A stretch of DNA of 64,000 nucleotides, from positions 251 through 64,250 of the forward strand of contig JBBIWA010000023.1 in the NCBI GenBank assembly GCA_037439425.1, given 5' to 3'. The position numbers were made by a program, and so were the translations under genes. The stretch comes from Acidobacteriota bacterium (GTDB taxonomy: Bacteria; Acidobacteriota; Blastocatellia; RBC074). Shown here in pieces: positions 29,418-39,678 of this stretch; within the stretch, counting starts at the first letter, position 1; every line of letters begins with the position of its first letter. The notes below the pieces were generated by a model. It had not been told where the DNA came from. It ran no database searches and worked only from the letters and a program-made list of their open reading frames with translations.

Positions 29418-30650
29418 CTATTTGTGACGATCGTTCTTGGCCCTGGCAGGCGCAGATTGCAATTCTTGCTGCGCGAAGGCTGCGCTGCCGCTGCGTTGAT
29501 TATGGGGCTGTCGCATGAGCGCCGCATCGTTCACCTCATCGGCAACAAGCGCTCCGCCGACCTCTTTTGAAAAGACCAGCTTGCCGATCTCCGGTGAATA
29601 ATCAACCAGCAGCAGATCACCCAGGCCCACCTGACCCGTGGCGATCAGGTTCGAGAGCGGATAGACGAGGAAGCGTTCAATCGCGCGCTTGAGATGGCGT
29701 GCGCCATACTTGAAATCAATCCCTTCGTCGAGGAGGAACTTCTTGGCTGCTTCTGTGCACTTGAAGACGAACTTCTCGCCTGATCCGCGCATAATGCGCT
29801 CCTGCACGGCGCTCAGTTCGATCTCGAGGATCTGCCGCAGATGTGTATCCTTGAGCGAGCGAAAGACCACCACCTTGTCAATGCGGTTCATGAATTCCGG
29901 CGAGAACTTGCGCCGCGCCGCCTCGACCGCCGTGCGGTAGATCTTCTGATCCACCTCGCTATCGATCACGCCCGGCTTGGGTGCAAACCCAATGCCCCCG
30001 GAAATCAGCTCGCTCATCTCGCGCGCGCCAAGATTCGACGTCATAATCACGATTGAGTTAGAGAAGTCTACGCGGCGATTGTCGCCCAGCGTGAGCGTCG
30101 CCTTATCCAGGATGCCGAGCAAGAGCTGCCACAAAGCGTCACTCGCTTTCTCGATCTCATCAAACAGCACCAGTGAGAGCTTGAGATTTTCCGTATGCGA
30201 GCGATCCAGATTCTCCTGCGTCAGCATCGGCGAGGTCTCGCGGTGGCCGAGATAGCCCGGCGGCGAGCCGATCAGTTTGGCGATTTCGTGCGAGTGCTGG
30301 AACTCGGCGCAGTCAATTTTGGTCACCAGATTGGCATCCCCAAACAATACTTCAGCCGCAGCTTCGACGACCCGAGTCTTGCCAGAGCCAGTCGGCCCCA
30401 GAAAGAGCAACGTCCCAATCGGCCGGCCCGGATGGGCTAATCCCGCCAGGTAGATCTGATAGAGACCTGTGATCCGCCGCACAGCGCGCTCCTGCCCGAC
30501 AATGCGAGCTGAGAGTTTATCCTCAAACTCCTGTGCTTGCGGACTCTTCAAATCCGGATTGAGATACTTGCCTGTCATTGCTGATTTCTGCCCGCTCTGG
30601 TTTGACATTGGCTTTTGCTCCTTGATGCGCCCACTTCTGGGAAGCCGCAC
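29418..30650 (-). CDS. Stand-alone Clp/Hsp100 D2-type AAA+ ATPase (ClpB/ClpC C-terminal module only).
   Basis: IVGQERAV..., Walker A GPTGSGKT, LVLFDEIEKA, sensor-2 KYGARHLKRAIERFL. No N-domain or D1. Confidence 0.75.
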   Translation of the reverse strand: MRLPRSGRIKEQKPMSNQSGQKSAMTGKYLNPDLKSPQAQEFEDKLSARIVGQERAVRRITGLYQIYLAGLAHPGRPIGTLLFLGPTGSGKTRVVEAAAEVLFGDANLVTKIDCAEFQHSHEIAKLIGSPPGYLGHRETSPMLTQENLDRSHTENLKLSLVLFDEIEKASDALWQLLLGILDKATLTLGDNRRVDFSNSIVIMTSNLGAREMSELISGGIGFAPKPGVIDSEVDQKIYRTAVEAARRKFSPEFMNRIDKVVVFRSLKDTHLRQILEIELSAVQERIMRGSGEKFVFKCTEAAKKFLLDEGIDFKYGARHLKRAIERFLVYPLSNLIATGQVGLGDLLLVDYSPEIGKLVFSKEVGGALVADEVNDAALMRQPHNQRSGSAAFAQQELQSAPARAKNDRHK

Positions 30651-31196
30651 TTTCGAGGTTTTCTTGAAAGACCTCCTCTACTTTATCACTCCCAAATCCC
30701 GACCTCTTCCATGGTCTGGGAAGAAAACCCGAAGATTATATGCTTCAGCTTGAAATATCGTTGCCCGATTGGCGCACTCACTCCCAAGCTCATTTGCTGT
30801 CTTGACACCTACTTATTGCCTGTCGTTTATAACCAACAAATGAAGGGCCCCTAACAAAACCTTCGCGATCAGGGGGGTAACTCGGCGAGCACCTCTCAAT
30901 TATCTTTAGTATTGCCTCCCCTCCCCTTCTCCCTTGATCCTGGCACAGCCAATCACCTACCTGGTGATGTGAGCGCCCGCCTCCGGAGCAAGCAACCAGT
31001 TTCTTTTCGATCCAAAAGAGTCGCCAAACACGACAGCGGCGGGGGCTCAGTAACTGAACTAAATCATAACCTATCGGATATCAAGCTTTCAACAAGGCTC
31101 TGCTTTGACTGACTCATCCAGGTTTGACTTGATCAGATACAGCGCAACTGAGAGCAATTGTCCGTCGAACGGAGCACTGGCCAATCAGGAAAGTGT

Positions 31197-31814
31197 TCAG
31201 TCGCCACGGCTGGAAGGACTGGCAGCGACAAACAGCCGCACCCTCCAGTCCAGACCTGCGATCACTGCACCCACGACAATGGCAAATGCTCCACAGTCAA
31301 AAGCTCGACACGCTTGCTCCGGAGTGGAGCTCCCTCCTTCGCAAACCACCGGCACGCTCAGTTTGGCTGCCAGGCGTTCGAGTAAATAAAAAGCCGGCCT
31401 CACCGTGCCTGCTGTTTCAGAGGTAAAGCCACAGAGTGTGGTCGCAACTATTTCCGTACCACACTCGGCAGCGTAAACTCCTTCTTTATAAGTTGCCACC
31501 TCAGCCATCACTGGCCGGCACAATTCTTCACGCACCTGCCGAATCAGCTCCTTTATCCGCTCACCACCTGGGCGCGGACGGCGAGGGGCATCAAGCGCTA
31601 CAACGCTTGATGCCCCTCTCAACTATCCGGCGCGCTGCTTCATAAATAGGAGTAAAGCGCTGATAATGTGAGGATCGTCAAGCGGTAATCCTGGGGGCGC
31701 CTGGCAGGAGAAGATCAGACCACCACGGAGGCGCTCAATTTCTGCTATTGCCCAATCATTCCGCTCAGTCACTTCTAGAGGGTCTCGACGACTCCGAGTT
31801 GGAGCATCTACCAC
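31197..31814 (-). pseudogene. nanE: N-acetylmannosamine-6-phosphate 2-epimerase (nanE) pseudogene, with an in-frame TAG and a ~58-codon internal deletion.
   Basis: GGLIFSCQAPPGLPLDDPHI (N-terminus), then VATTLCGFTSETAG and PVVCEGGSSTPEQACRAFDCGAFAIVVGAVI (C-terminus) align to NanE. The ORFs 31623..31814 and 31197..31622 are contiguous in one frame, separated by a stop. Confidence 0.55.
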
Positions 31815-32121
31815 CTTGCCCTTCTCTGGTCTGCTGGCAGGAGTTTTTCGGAAGGACCTTCAAAAAACTACTCCAGAAAGCCTTTGACTCCAGCTTTCAA
31901 GTTCTTAATTAGAGCGTGTCGCATAATTCGATGACTATACACCACTGGTGTTAGCCTCTTGTGATTACTTTTTCCCTTTCATCACTTTAGTCGCCTTTCA
32001 GCCTTGCGCCAAGCTGGCGGCTTTGGCTTGTGCGACCAAATCTCGCACAGGCGTACCTGAGAGCAGGCTTTTTTCAATGGCGACAATGTCAACATAGCTT
32101 CTTTTGTGCGATCCGCTCTAA

Positions 32122-33828
32122 CTAAAACTCATAATCTATCTTGTACTCAATGGCCACTTCAAAGGTGCGCGGCCAGGGGAGATAGATCTTCAAGTCTTTC
32201 AGCCCGGTGAGCTTCACCGACCGTTTGACCTGATTGTAAAAAGCCAGCGTGTAAGTGCGCCCTTGAAAGTGATTGGCGAAGAATTGTTCGATCAAAGAGC
32301 GCATTCGTGCGGCGAGTTCACGGCTAATCTGCGCCTGCATCTCCGCAGTGAGTTCGTCAGTTGCAATCTTCAGCTCTTGGTGCAAATGCCGATTAAGCTC
32401 CGGACGCACAATGTCGTGGTAAAGATAGTCCCCAACGAAACGATGCATCAGGAACTCAAAGTGAGCAGCGTAGGCGCGTGCAGCCCGGTCAGCGCGATCG
32501 TTGAGTTTACTGCGGAAGAAGACTCGCATGTTGGCGTGGGCTATCGCCGTGCCGAGCGTGTTACTCGCCGTATTCCACGCCGCATAGCTGGACAGTCTGT
32601 CAATCAGCCCTTCGCGTTTGAGCGCTTCTACCAGGCGTTCATCCGCTCCGCTGTAATGCGGCGCGGGGAAGGCTACATCAGCCAGCGCCACAGGCTTGAA
32701 GGCTTTAAGATCTGTTATTAATCGTCGGAGAAAATCATTAAACTCTTTCTCGCCAGTCTCTGGGGCATTGACGTAAAGCGTGTAGTCGGCCTCCTCTGCG
32801 CGGTTGACAAGGCGCCCTCCTGCGGCCTTGATTTGGTTCTCCACTGTGAATTGAAGTGGCTGGTCTTCGTAAGGCGCAATTATTTGCTTGCTCTTCTCAG
32901 CGGAGTAGACGACTGCGACCTTGACCCGCCAGCGAAACTTGTCAAGCACGGCGCGACTGACCAGCGTGAGCGAACCTTCATCCGTGCCATTGTAAATTGG
33001 CACGCGCGACTCTAGTCCTACCTCCTTGAGTCGCTCGTGCAAGATTTCTTGATCCTGCCGATGCAATCCGTAGAGGCGGGCATCGTCTTGGAGCAAGATC
33101 AGGTGATTGACTATGCCCGCCCTGACCAGCTCGATCATCGCCAGATTGATCTGCAAATTGCGCCGCCGTGCAGCCAGGTAATCATTAACTACTTTGGGAT
33201 CGAGCTCTTTCTTTAACTGCTCCAACTCGGCAGCAAGTCGTTCATCTCCGCTCTTCGGCACGCGGTCTTCTAGCTCTGCCCAGCGAGCGAGCTGATCGCG
33301 CCAGGGGCGGCTTGCCGCATCAGCAGTCGGAGCTATACGCATAATCACATTGAAGGCGTAAACCGGAACACGCGGATACTTTTGTTTGAACCAGCGGAAG
33401 AATTCCAAATGCTTCTGAGCTGCCTCAAGCGGCGTGCGATGAGTGCGCGAAGCGACCAGGCCGCCGTAAGCCAGCATGTCAACCGCCACGATGAGCGCAT
33501 CCACAATTCCGTAGTCCTGCACGCGCAGCCATTCAATAATGCGCGCTGGATCGCCCGGAGTAGTGAAGCTGCCCAGCGTTTCCGGCGGTGGTATCAGCAC
33601 CCGATGATCAGCTACTCTGCCGATCATCTGCGCAAACTGCGCAACGGCTGGGCGATCGTCTAACGGCACCAGTACTATGTAACCCGCTGAGCCGAGCGGG
33701 CCGGGATGCATCGGTACAGGTTTAAGTTTCGGCGGCTGCTGCGCTTTTCCCGCGCGCAATGTTAGCGCGGATGAAAGTGTCAGCAACAGAGAGAAGCTCA
33801 GCAGAAAGCAAGTCTTCATTGAGGACAT
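32122..33828 (-). CDS. Secreted DUF4127-family protein.
   Basis: Signal peptide, 568 aa. Family assignment is recalled, supported by adjacency to nanE. Confidence 0.45.
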   Translation of the reverse strand: MSSMKTCFLLSFSLLLTLSSALTLRAGKAQQPPKLKPVPMHPGPLGSAGYIVLVPLDDRPAVAQFAQMIGRVADHRVLIPPPETLGSFTTPGDPARIIEWLRVQDYGIVDALIVAVDMLAYGGLVASRTHRTPLEAAQKHLEFFRWFKQKYPRVPVYAFNVIMRIAPTADAASRPWRDQLARWAELEDRVPKSGDERLAAELEQLKKELDPKVVNDYLAARRRNLQINLAMIELVRAGIVNHLILLQDDARLYGLHRQDQEILHERLKEVGLESRVPIYNGTDEGSLTLVSRAVLDKFRWRVKVAVVYSAEKSKQIIAPYEDQPLQFTVENQIKAAGGRLVNRAEEADYTLYVNAPETGEKEFNDFLRRLITDLKAFKPVALADVAFPAPHYSGADERLVEALKREGLIDRLSSYAAWNTASNTLGTAIAHANMRVFFRSKLNDRADRAARAYAAHFEFLMHRFVGDYLYHDIVRPELNRHLHQELKIATDELTAEMQAQISRELAARMRSLIEQFFANHFQGRTYTLAFYNQVKRSVKLTGLKDLKIYLPWPRTFEVAIEYKIDYEF

Positions 33829-34114
33829 GACGTACTACTTACTTGCTGCGCCACCACAAGCGGGCAGGCTACAGGTTAACAGCAAACTTGCGGCCTGTTC
33901 CCCCGCACTGGCTTGAGGTAGTCTTGAGGGCGATACTTTAAGGTCTCTGTCCCAGCAAAGCCAATCTGGGAGGATTTACTGTCTGGCGTCCAATGCACCG
34001 CTCCTCATAAGGAGATATAGCTGATTACGGAGAAGCTTACAGACGGCTGTCTGCGCTATCGCAAATGAATGGCCGCTTGATAGTACTTACTTGAGGCAGA
34101 AGTGAAAAAGAACG

Positions 34115-34852
34115 CTAAGAGCTGCTGCGCCGTCGCAAATGAATAGCTGCCTGATAGCGGTCGCCACGATAAACCGTGCGCACGACTTCAATCGGCGTGT
34201 TGTCTTCAGCGTAGACCGCGCGATGCACTACCAACAGCGGCGCGCGCAGTTTGATCGAGAGCAATTCAGCGTCGCGGCGTGAAGCGCAGGCGGCTTCCAG
34301 GATCTCATCAGCCCAGGCCAAGCGCACACCGTAGGTTTGTTCCAGCAACTTGTAAAGCGAACCGCGCTCAACATCCGACCGCTTCAGCCCTGGACACAGA
34401 TGTACTGGCACATACGATCTCTCGTGTGCCATCGGGACCTGATTGGCCAGCCGCAACCTGATAATCTCGAAGGCCTCCTCATCTTCCGTCAGAAGAAGCT
34501 GTCGGGCGATCTCTTCTCCAGGTTTCAAGCGTTTGAATGAGAGCACCCGGGAACTTGCCACCAGGCCGCGCCGTTGCATGTCTTCGGTAAAGCCGAGCAG
34601 TTGGCGCGTATTTACATTCATCTTAGGCTCCGCCACGAAAGTTCCACGCCCCCGCTCAGCGTAGATTAATCCATCCTCACGCAACGCGCGCAGCGCCTGT
34701 CGTGCAGTCATCCGGCTGACGCCGAAGCGCTCAGAGAGTTCGCGCTCCGAGAGCAGGTGCCCAGGCTTCATCTCTCCACGCTCAATACTCTGGCGCAACG
34801 CCTGTTCGATCTGATGGTAAAGTGGCGCAAAACTGTGCTTATTGAGTTTCAT
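34115..34852 (-). CDS. GntR/HutC-family transcriptional regulator (wHTH plus UTRA effector domain).
   Basis: LSERELSERFGVSRMTARQALRALREDGLIYAERGRGTFV. Confidence 0.85.
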   Translation of the reverse strand: MKLNKHSFAPLYHQIEQALRQSIERGEMKPGHLLSERELSERFGVSRMTARQALRALREDGLIYAERGRGTFVAEPKMNVNTRQLLGFTEDMQRRGLVASSRVLSFKRLKPGEEIARQLLLTEDEEAFEIIRLRLANQVPMAHERSYVPVHLCPGLKRSDVERGSLYKLLEQTYGVRLAWADEILEAACASRRDAELLSIKLRAPLLVVHRAVYAEDNTPIEVVRTVYRGDRYQAAIHLRRRSSS

Positions 34853-34984
34853 GCCAACCTCAGGCTCACTCCTCCTTCCATAGCTGATGCGGCATAGATG
34901 TCTAGTGGTCTATACCACTGGACCAGAGTTTTATACCCCACCCACGCGCCCGGCGTCAAGCGGAGCGCTGCTTAACTTTGCAGG

Positions 34985-35109
34985 GGTGCAATTAAAAGTG
35001 GGACTCACCTTTACAAGCGCACGCATCTGGCGTGCTGCGCTCCTACGGCAAATCAGGCACGTCGTGCGCTCGTGAGGGCGAGCTGTTTAGTCCCACTTTT
35101 AATTGCACC
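34985..35109 (+). repeat. MITE-like or structured hairpin: 21-bp perfect inverted repeat (ggtgcaattaaaagtgggact / agtcccacttttaattgcacc) with an 83-nt spacer, flanked by ttgcagggg direct repeats.
   Basis: Read directly at 34985-35005 and 35089-35109. Flanks at 34978-34986 and 35111-35119. Confidence 0.5.
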
Positions 35110-35160
35110 ATTGCAGGGGAAAGCTCAAGTCAATCGGCTTGAAGCCTTCTTTCTGCGGCC

Positions 35161-36525
35161 AAGCAGCTTAACAGCAATTCCCGCTTAGCTGGATACGGCT
35201 GTAAATGGTTGAATGAGACAAAAGAGTTTCTGCACTTGAAACGGAAGAGGTTATGAAATAAGCGCGGAAGAGGTAACCAGTAAGGAATTAAACTCCCGCC
35301 CGGAGACCACTCAAGAGTTTAACTTTTGAAGCCTTTCGAGATTTGCTCACCCTGAAGTCTTCAAGCAACTCCTTTGAGAGTCGTGAGCGCGAGACCGCTT
35401 TCGCAGTGGCTGGGGTGGCACTTCAGCACATTCTTCTTCCTTCAACACCCGAGCTTGCTGGCGGTTCAGCGAGGGATGAAGAACAAAGCTGGGCGAGCGG
35501 GAGCTGGAACGAGTCTTTGAGGTATAGGAGATAATGTCTGATACGCATATGCGAGAGAGCTTGGACATGGTGCCGACCGAGTCTTTGCGGCAGCTCTGGC
35601 CTGAGGTCTTAGAGCGGACGGCTGCGAGTCGGATGGAGTGTGCAGTTTGTGACCGGGTGGGGAGAAGTATTAACTAGTCGCTTTCGAGGGAAGTGAATAT
35701 TTTCCTTCGAGGAAGATCGACTCTGCTGGGAGTTTGAGGCGCAAGGGCAAGGACGGCGAGATGCATTATTCACACGTAGTGGTCGCACGTGACAATAGGC
35801 GCGCGCCTGCAGCCCGGACACTTTGCCGCAAGAGGCCACGGCCTTGCGCCGTGGAGTCTCACGATCTTCGCTACTGAACAGATCGCTGCAGCTCGAAGAG
35901 GCCACGGCCTTGCGCCGTGGAGTCTCACGATCCTGGCTACCAAATCCGCAATCCACAATTCGCAATCCGAAATTCAAAGAGGAGTCTCACGATCCTGGCT
36001 ACTGTAACCGCGGATTAAGAGCGTTTAGGAAAAGACGTTGATGTTAGCCAGAAACGTGAAACTCCACGGCGCAAGGCCGTGGCCTCTCAAAATGATCCTG
36101 CCCCTGTGTGTAGCCAGAAACGTGAAACTCCACGGCACAAGGCCGTGGCCTCTCAAAATGCTCCCGCTCTCGTGCGTAGCCACAACCGTGAAACTCCACG
36201 GCGCAAGGAGACTGCTTAAAAAGTCCCATGAGGCCCCAATATTTGGGACTTTAGATCAGGTTAAGACACGATATACAGTATCGCTGGGAGGCTTTTTAAG
36301 CAGTCTCGCAAGGCCGTGGCATCTCAAGGAGAAAGATTGTGACGAAGAGCCCGCGTTTCAATCAGCGGTACCGGAGCCCACTTGCGGGCAAACAAGCTTC
36401 CTCGAAGCTGGGGCGGCGGCCGTCCACTCTGCCGCTATGGTCTAAGATATTCCGCAATCGGTGCGACGTCTGACTCAGTGAGGCACACTCGGGGTCCCTC
36501 GTTTCCCGCTTGAGCGGGAATTGCT
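35161..36525 (+). mobile_element. Copy 2 (full, 1365 bp) of the composite repeat element. Order: ~18-bp TIRs, a 650-bp conserved non-coding segment, A-type hairpin repeats, a central segment, an inverted B-type hairpin array, a ~170-bp end module. Flanked by a perfect 9-bp direct repeat gcagcttaa.
   Basis: TIR cagcaattcccgcttagc at 35172-35189 pairs with cagcaattcccgctcaagc (rc of 36499-36517). gcagcttaa at 35163-35171 and 36518-36526. 35215-35830 is ~90% identical to 59185-59776. Confidence 0.7.
35832..36208 (+). repeat. Hairpin-repeat arrays of copy 2: about 2.5 A-type units forward (gaggccacggccttgcgccgtggagtctcacgatcctggctac), then about 3 B-type units in inverse orientation (gtagccagaaacgtgaaactccacggcgcaaggccgtggcctc).
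   Basis: Direct reading. Same core hairpin ccacggc-N5-gccgtgg as array 1. Confidence 0.85.
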
Positions 36526-36625
36526 GGCAGCTTAAAGCGCAACTTGACAGGCGCTGGCCTCGATCCCTATACTTGCCGCTTTGCAAGCAAAGGAGATTTG
36601 TCTGTTAGTTATCAAGGAGAACTTC

Positions 36626-36898
36626 ATGCCAAATCACAAATCGGCTGAGAAGCGCGATCGCCAGAACGTGCGCCGCAACGCTATCAACACTGCTAACCGC
36701 AGCAAGCTGCGCACTCAGATCAAAAAGCTGCGCGCCGCTATCAGTGCTGGTGACCTTCAGACCGCGCAGGCGCTTTTGCCGAAAACCATCGCTGTCATTG
36801 ACAAATCAATCCAGAAGGGCATCCTTCATCGTAATGCGGCAGCGCGCTATAAATCGCGCCTGACACTACGTGTTAACTCGCTCGCTGCGGCCCAATAG
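36626..36898 (+). CDS. rpsT: 30S ribosomal protein S20.
   Basis: MPNHKSAEKRDRQNVRRNAINTANRSKLRTQIKKLRAAI. Confidence 0.9.
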   Translation: MPNHKSAEKRDRQNVRRNAINTANRSKLRTQIKKLRAAISAGDLQTAQALLPKTIAVIDKSIQKGILHRNAAARYKSRLTLRVNSLAAAQ

Positions 36899-37085
36899 CA
36901 GTCGCTTTGCCCAGGAGTGCCGTAGCGGAGAGGGAAAAGCAGTTTGCCCAGAAGTGCGCTGTCGGGCAAAGTGGTCAGTTTGCTCAGAAGCTGGAAGTAG
37001 AAGCGGTATGCGGGACGGGGACCCACTAAGTGCTCGGCCCGACATTTTCTGAAGAATCGTAAGGGGTAAAGTGAACTGCCACGGA

Positions 37086-38632
37086 CGATGAAAATATTAT
37101 GGATGTGTCCCACCTGTCTAACCGCTAGAAGCGGCCAGATTTGGCGGGTTATGGATGCTCCAGCCCAGATAGGTGACGGCTTGGTAAATCTTGATCGCGT
37201 TGCGCCGTCCTTTCTCTGAACGGAAACCATCGTGGTTACGTTCCAGACGGCGCAACGTTCGCATCCCTGTCTCGGCCAGCGAATTTTGCTGCACGCCTGG
37301 CACTCTAAAAAACGTCGTCATGTTTTTGAAATTGTCTTCGAGAAATGTGATTGATTTCCTGTAACCATCATTCTCGTGATGCGCCGCATACAGCTTCAAT
37401 TCGGCCAGCTTCTCTTGCGCTTCCGCCTCAGTGGTCAGGCCTTCAAAGATGGCCCACACTTTGTGCAGGAATCTGCGCAGGAATGACATCTCCGATTGTG
37501 TCTGAAGAACCTCTTGCATGGTCTCTTTCTCTTTTGCTGTGAGGTTCTTGTCGGATTTGAAGAAGAGGTAACGGTTCTTCCATAGTTCGGCGGCCAGACG
37601 TTTGAGTTTTTCCGCGTACCATTTGGTCTCGGCAGCTTCACCACGTTCTTTGAGATCACGGCGATGCGCGCGGAATTCATCCCAGACCTTGCGCCAGATA
37701 TTCTGCAGGATGTGAAAGTAGTCGAGCTGAATATGGGCCTCCGGATAGACCGCTTTAATCGCGTTGGCATAAGCTTGCCAATGATCGATGTAAAAGGCTT
37801 TCAGCTCCAGTCCGAACCGTTTCATCCGCTCCAGGAAGGGCTCGACGTGTTCTTCCGTGACGCTTCTCGACTTCCTGCGTGGCGATGATCCGCCCGTGTT
37901 CATCCTTGAGCACAAGCAGACACTGAGTTGCGCCGAGTGCAAACAGTTCGTCAAAGTGTCCTTGCGTGATCGGCTTTTCTTTGTGCAGCAATTTGATCAT
38001 CTCCTCTTCGGAGGGCAACGAGTCGCCGACTTCATCAACCCAACGGTCGATGGCCGATTTGGAAACCGTGACTTGAAATAACACTTGCATCAACCAACTG
38101 GCTTGGCGCGAGCCGAGTCCGGCGATGATGCATAAAAAGACGCCAAGCCGCATCACCACGTCAGAGACTTTGCGCTGCGTCGAGAGAGCCCCGCCACCTT
38201 AGGCGTGAAGTAGACACGCTGGCCTTGCTCATCGATGTAATAGCCGTCGGCGGTCGTGATCCGATAGATGATCAGCCAGGCGAAGCCGGAGAGTTCTTGC
38301 ACATCAAATGTGCGTTCGTTGATCCAACGAATCTCCACGCCGCGTTTGAGCTGGAAGAGTTTGTGATAGTCGCGCTTGCGCGTATCGAACTCAATGATGG
38401 TTTTGTTGTCTTCGGCCTTTCCCTTTGGGCAAAGGTCCTCGTTCTGCTCGAGCACTGCGGTCGTCACCGGCAATTGAATGATCATCGTCTTATGAACTCC
38501 AATGTGATGGTTGTTCGTAAGATCATATGCTGGTTCGAGAAGGTTTTGAATGCGCTCCGCTCGTCTTTCCTCCATTCATTGAAAAAGCAGGCGGTTAGCG
38601 CGATTTTCCGTTAGACGGGTGGGACACACCCA
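37086..38632 (-). mobile_element. ISL3-family insertion sequence (~1.55 kb) with ~28-bp imperfect terminal inverted repeats.
   Basis: Left end aatattatggatgtgtcccacctgtctaacc versus rc of right end taatattgggtgtgtcccacccgtctaacgg. Confidence 0.65.
37118..38575 (-). pseudogene. ISL3-family transposase split over three frames (38575-38153, 38159-37755, 37954-37118).
   Basis: C-part YIDHWQAYANAIKAVYPEAHIQLDYFHI and ...NSLAETGMRTLRRLERNHDGFRS fit the ISL3 DDE domain. Middle part carries an HTH (SKSAIDRWV). Two frameshifts. Confidence 0.6.
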
Positions 38633-38657
38633 ATATTATTTCCAGGGGAGCGAAAAC

Positions 38658-39494
38658 TCAGTTCAATTGCGCCTGCCTTCGGCGAATCTCTTTGATCCTT
38701 TCCTTGATCACGTCCGCATCCTCTGCCTGTGGTTGGCAGCGGAGATAAGCTTCCAGCTCCGCCAGCGCCTGAGCATAACGTCCCAGCTCCAAGCAGACCA
38801 GGCCACGATCGCGCAGCTCAACTGTTGACTCCGGATTGAGCAGCAACACGCGCTCAATCACAGCAAGCGTCTTGTGATAGTCTGCTGCGCGGGCGTAGAT
38901 ACCTTTCAAGTTCCGCAGCATCCGCGTGAGAATTTGTTTCCTCGTCACAGCCTTCAGAAAAGAAGGCTGAAAGCTGAGCCTCCCGCCGTACATCTCTGCA
39001 ATCAGATTTCGACAACCCTCAACTGATAGAATGCGCCCACCGTGGAATGGATCAATCAAGATCTCCTCCATCTCATCGCAATACTTGACGAGAAAGTGGC
39101 CGGGCAGGCCCACGCCAGCTACCGGCCAACCGATCCGCCGCGCCACTTCTATGTAGATGACCGAGAGCGTGATCGGGATCCCGGTGCGCCGATCAATCAC
39201 GTCGTTCAAAAAGCTATTGCGCGCATCGTAATAATTCTCACTGTTTCCTTTGAAACCGAGTTCGCCAAACAGATAGTCGCTCAAGCCGAGCACGCGCTCG
39301 TAAGGATCAACTTGAGAGCCTTGCCGCTCGCGCGCTTGCTTCGCGAAAAGATCGAGCTGAGTAAGATACTTTCCGATTTCGAGATGCGGATACTCTTCGG
39401 CAGCGATGAGCAACGCTGCGCGATCTAACTCAATTTCGTGTTCATCCCGCGCCACCATCTCAGCAAACTGGCGGCGGGCTTCGGCTTTGGTCAT
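38658..39494 (-). CDS. Transglutaminase-like/TPR protein of the SirB1/YchA (UPF0162) family.
   Basis: NYYDARNSFLNDVIDRRTGIPITLSVIYIEVARRIGWPVAGVGLPGHFLVK, plus a C-terminal TPR-like region. Confidence 0.6.
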   Translation of the reverse strand: MTKAEARRQFAEMVARDEHEIELDRAALLIAAEEYPHLEIGKYLTQLDLFAKQARERQGSQVDPYERVLGLSDYLFGELGFKGNSENYYDARNSFLNDVIDRRTGIPITLSVIYIEVARRIGWPVAGVGLPGHFLVKYCDEMEEILIDPFHGGRILSVEGCRNLIAEMYGGRLSFQPSFLKAVTRKQILTRMLRNLKGIYARAADYHKTLAVIERVLLLNPESTVELRDRGLVCLELGRYAQALAELEAYLRCQPQAEDADVIKERIKEIRRRQAQLN

Positions 39495-39678
39495 CCCGAC
39501 TAAGATTCTCCTGAAGTGCCCCCAGCTTCCATCCTACCACAAAATTTTGAATTGTTATCCTGACTCGTAAAAGTTGCCGCGCAGCACTTTCTCTCCAGCA
39601 GAAGTTTTCAGATAATGCAAAACCAGGCAGTTTTCGCCCCCAGGGTTATCTACTTCGGACTGCCAACAGGAGGCTGTT

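Noticed and set aside
37118-38575. Programmed ribosomal frameshifting producing an ISL3 transposase from overlapping ORFs.
   Set aside because: ISL3-family transposases are normally single ORFs, and two independent frame changes are required here. It was scored as a pseudogene.
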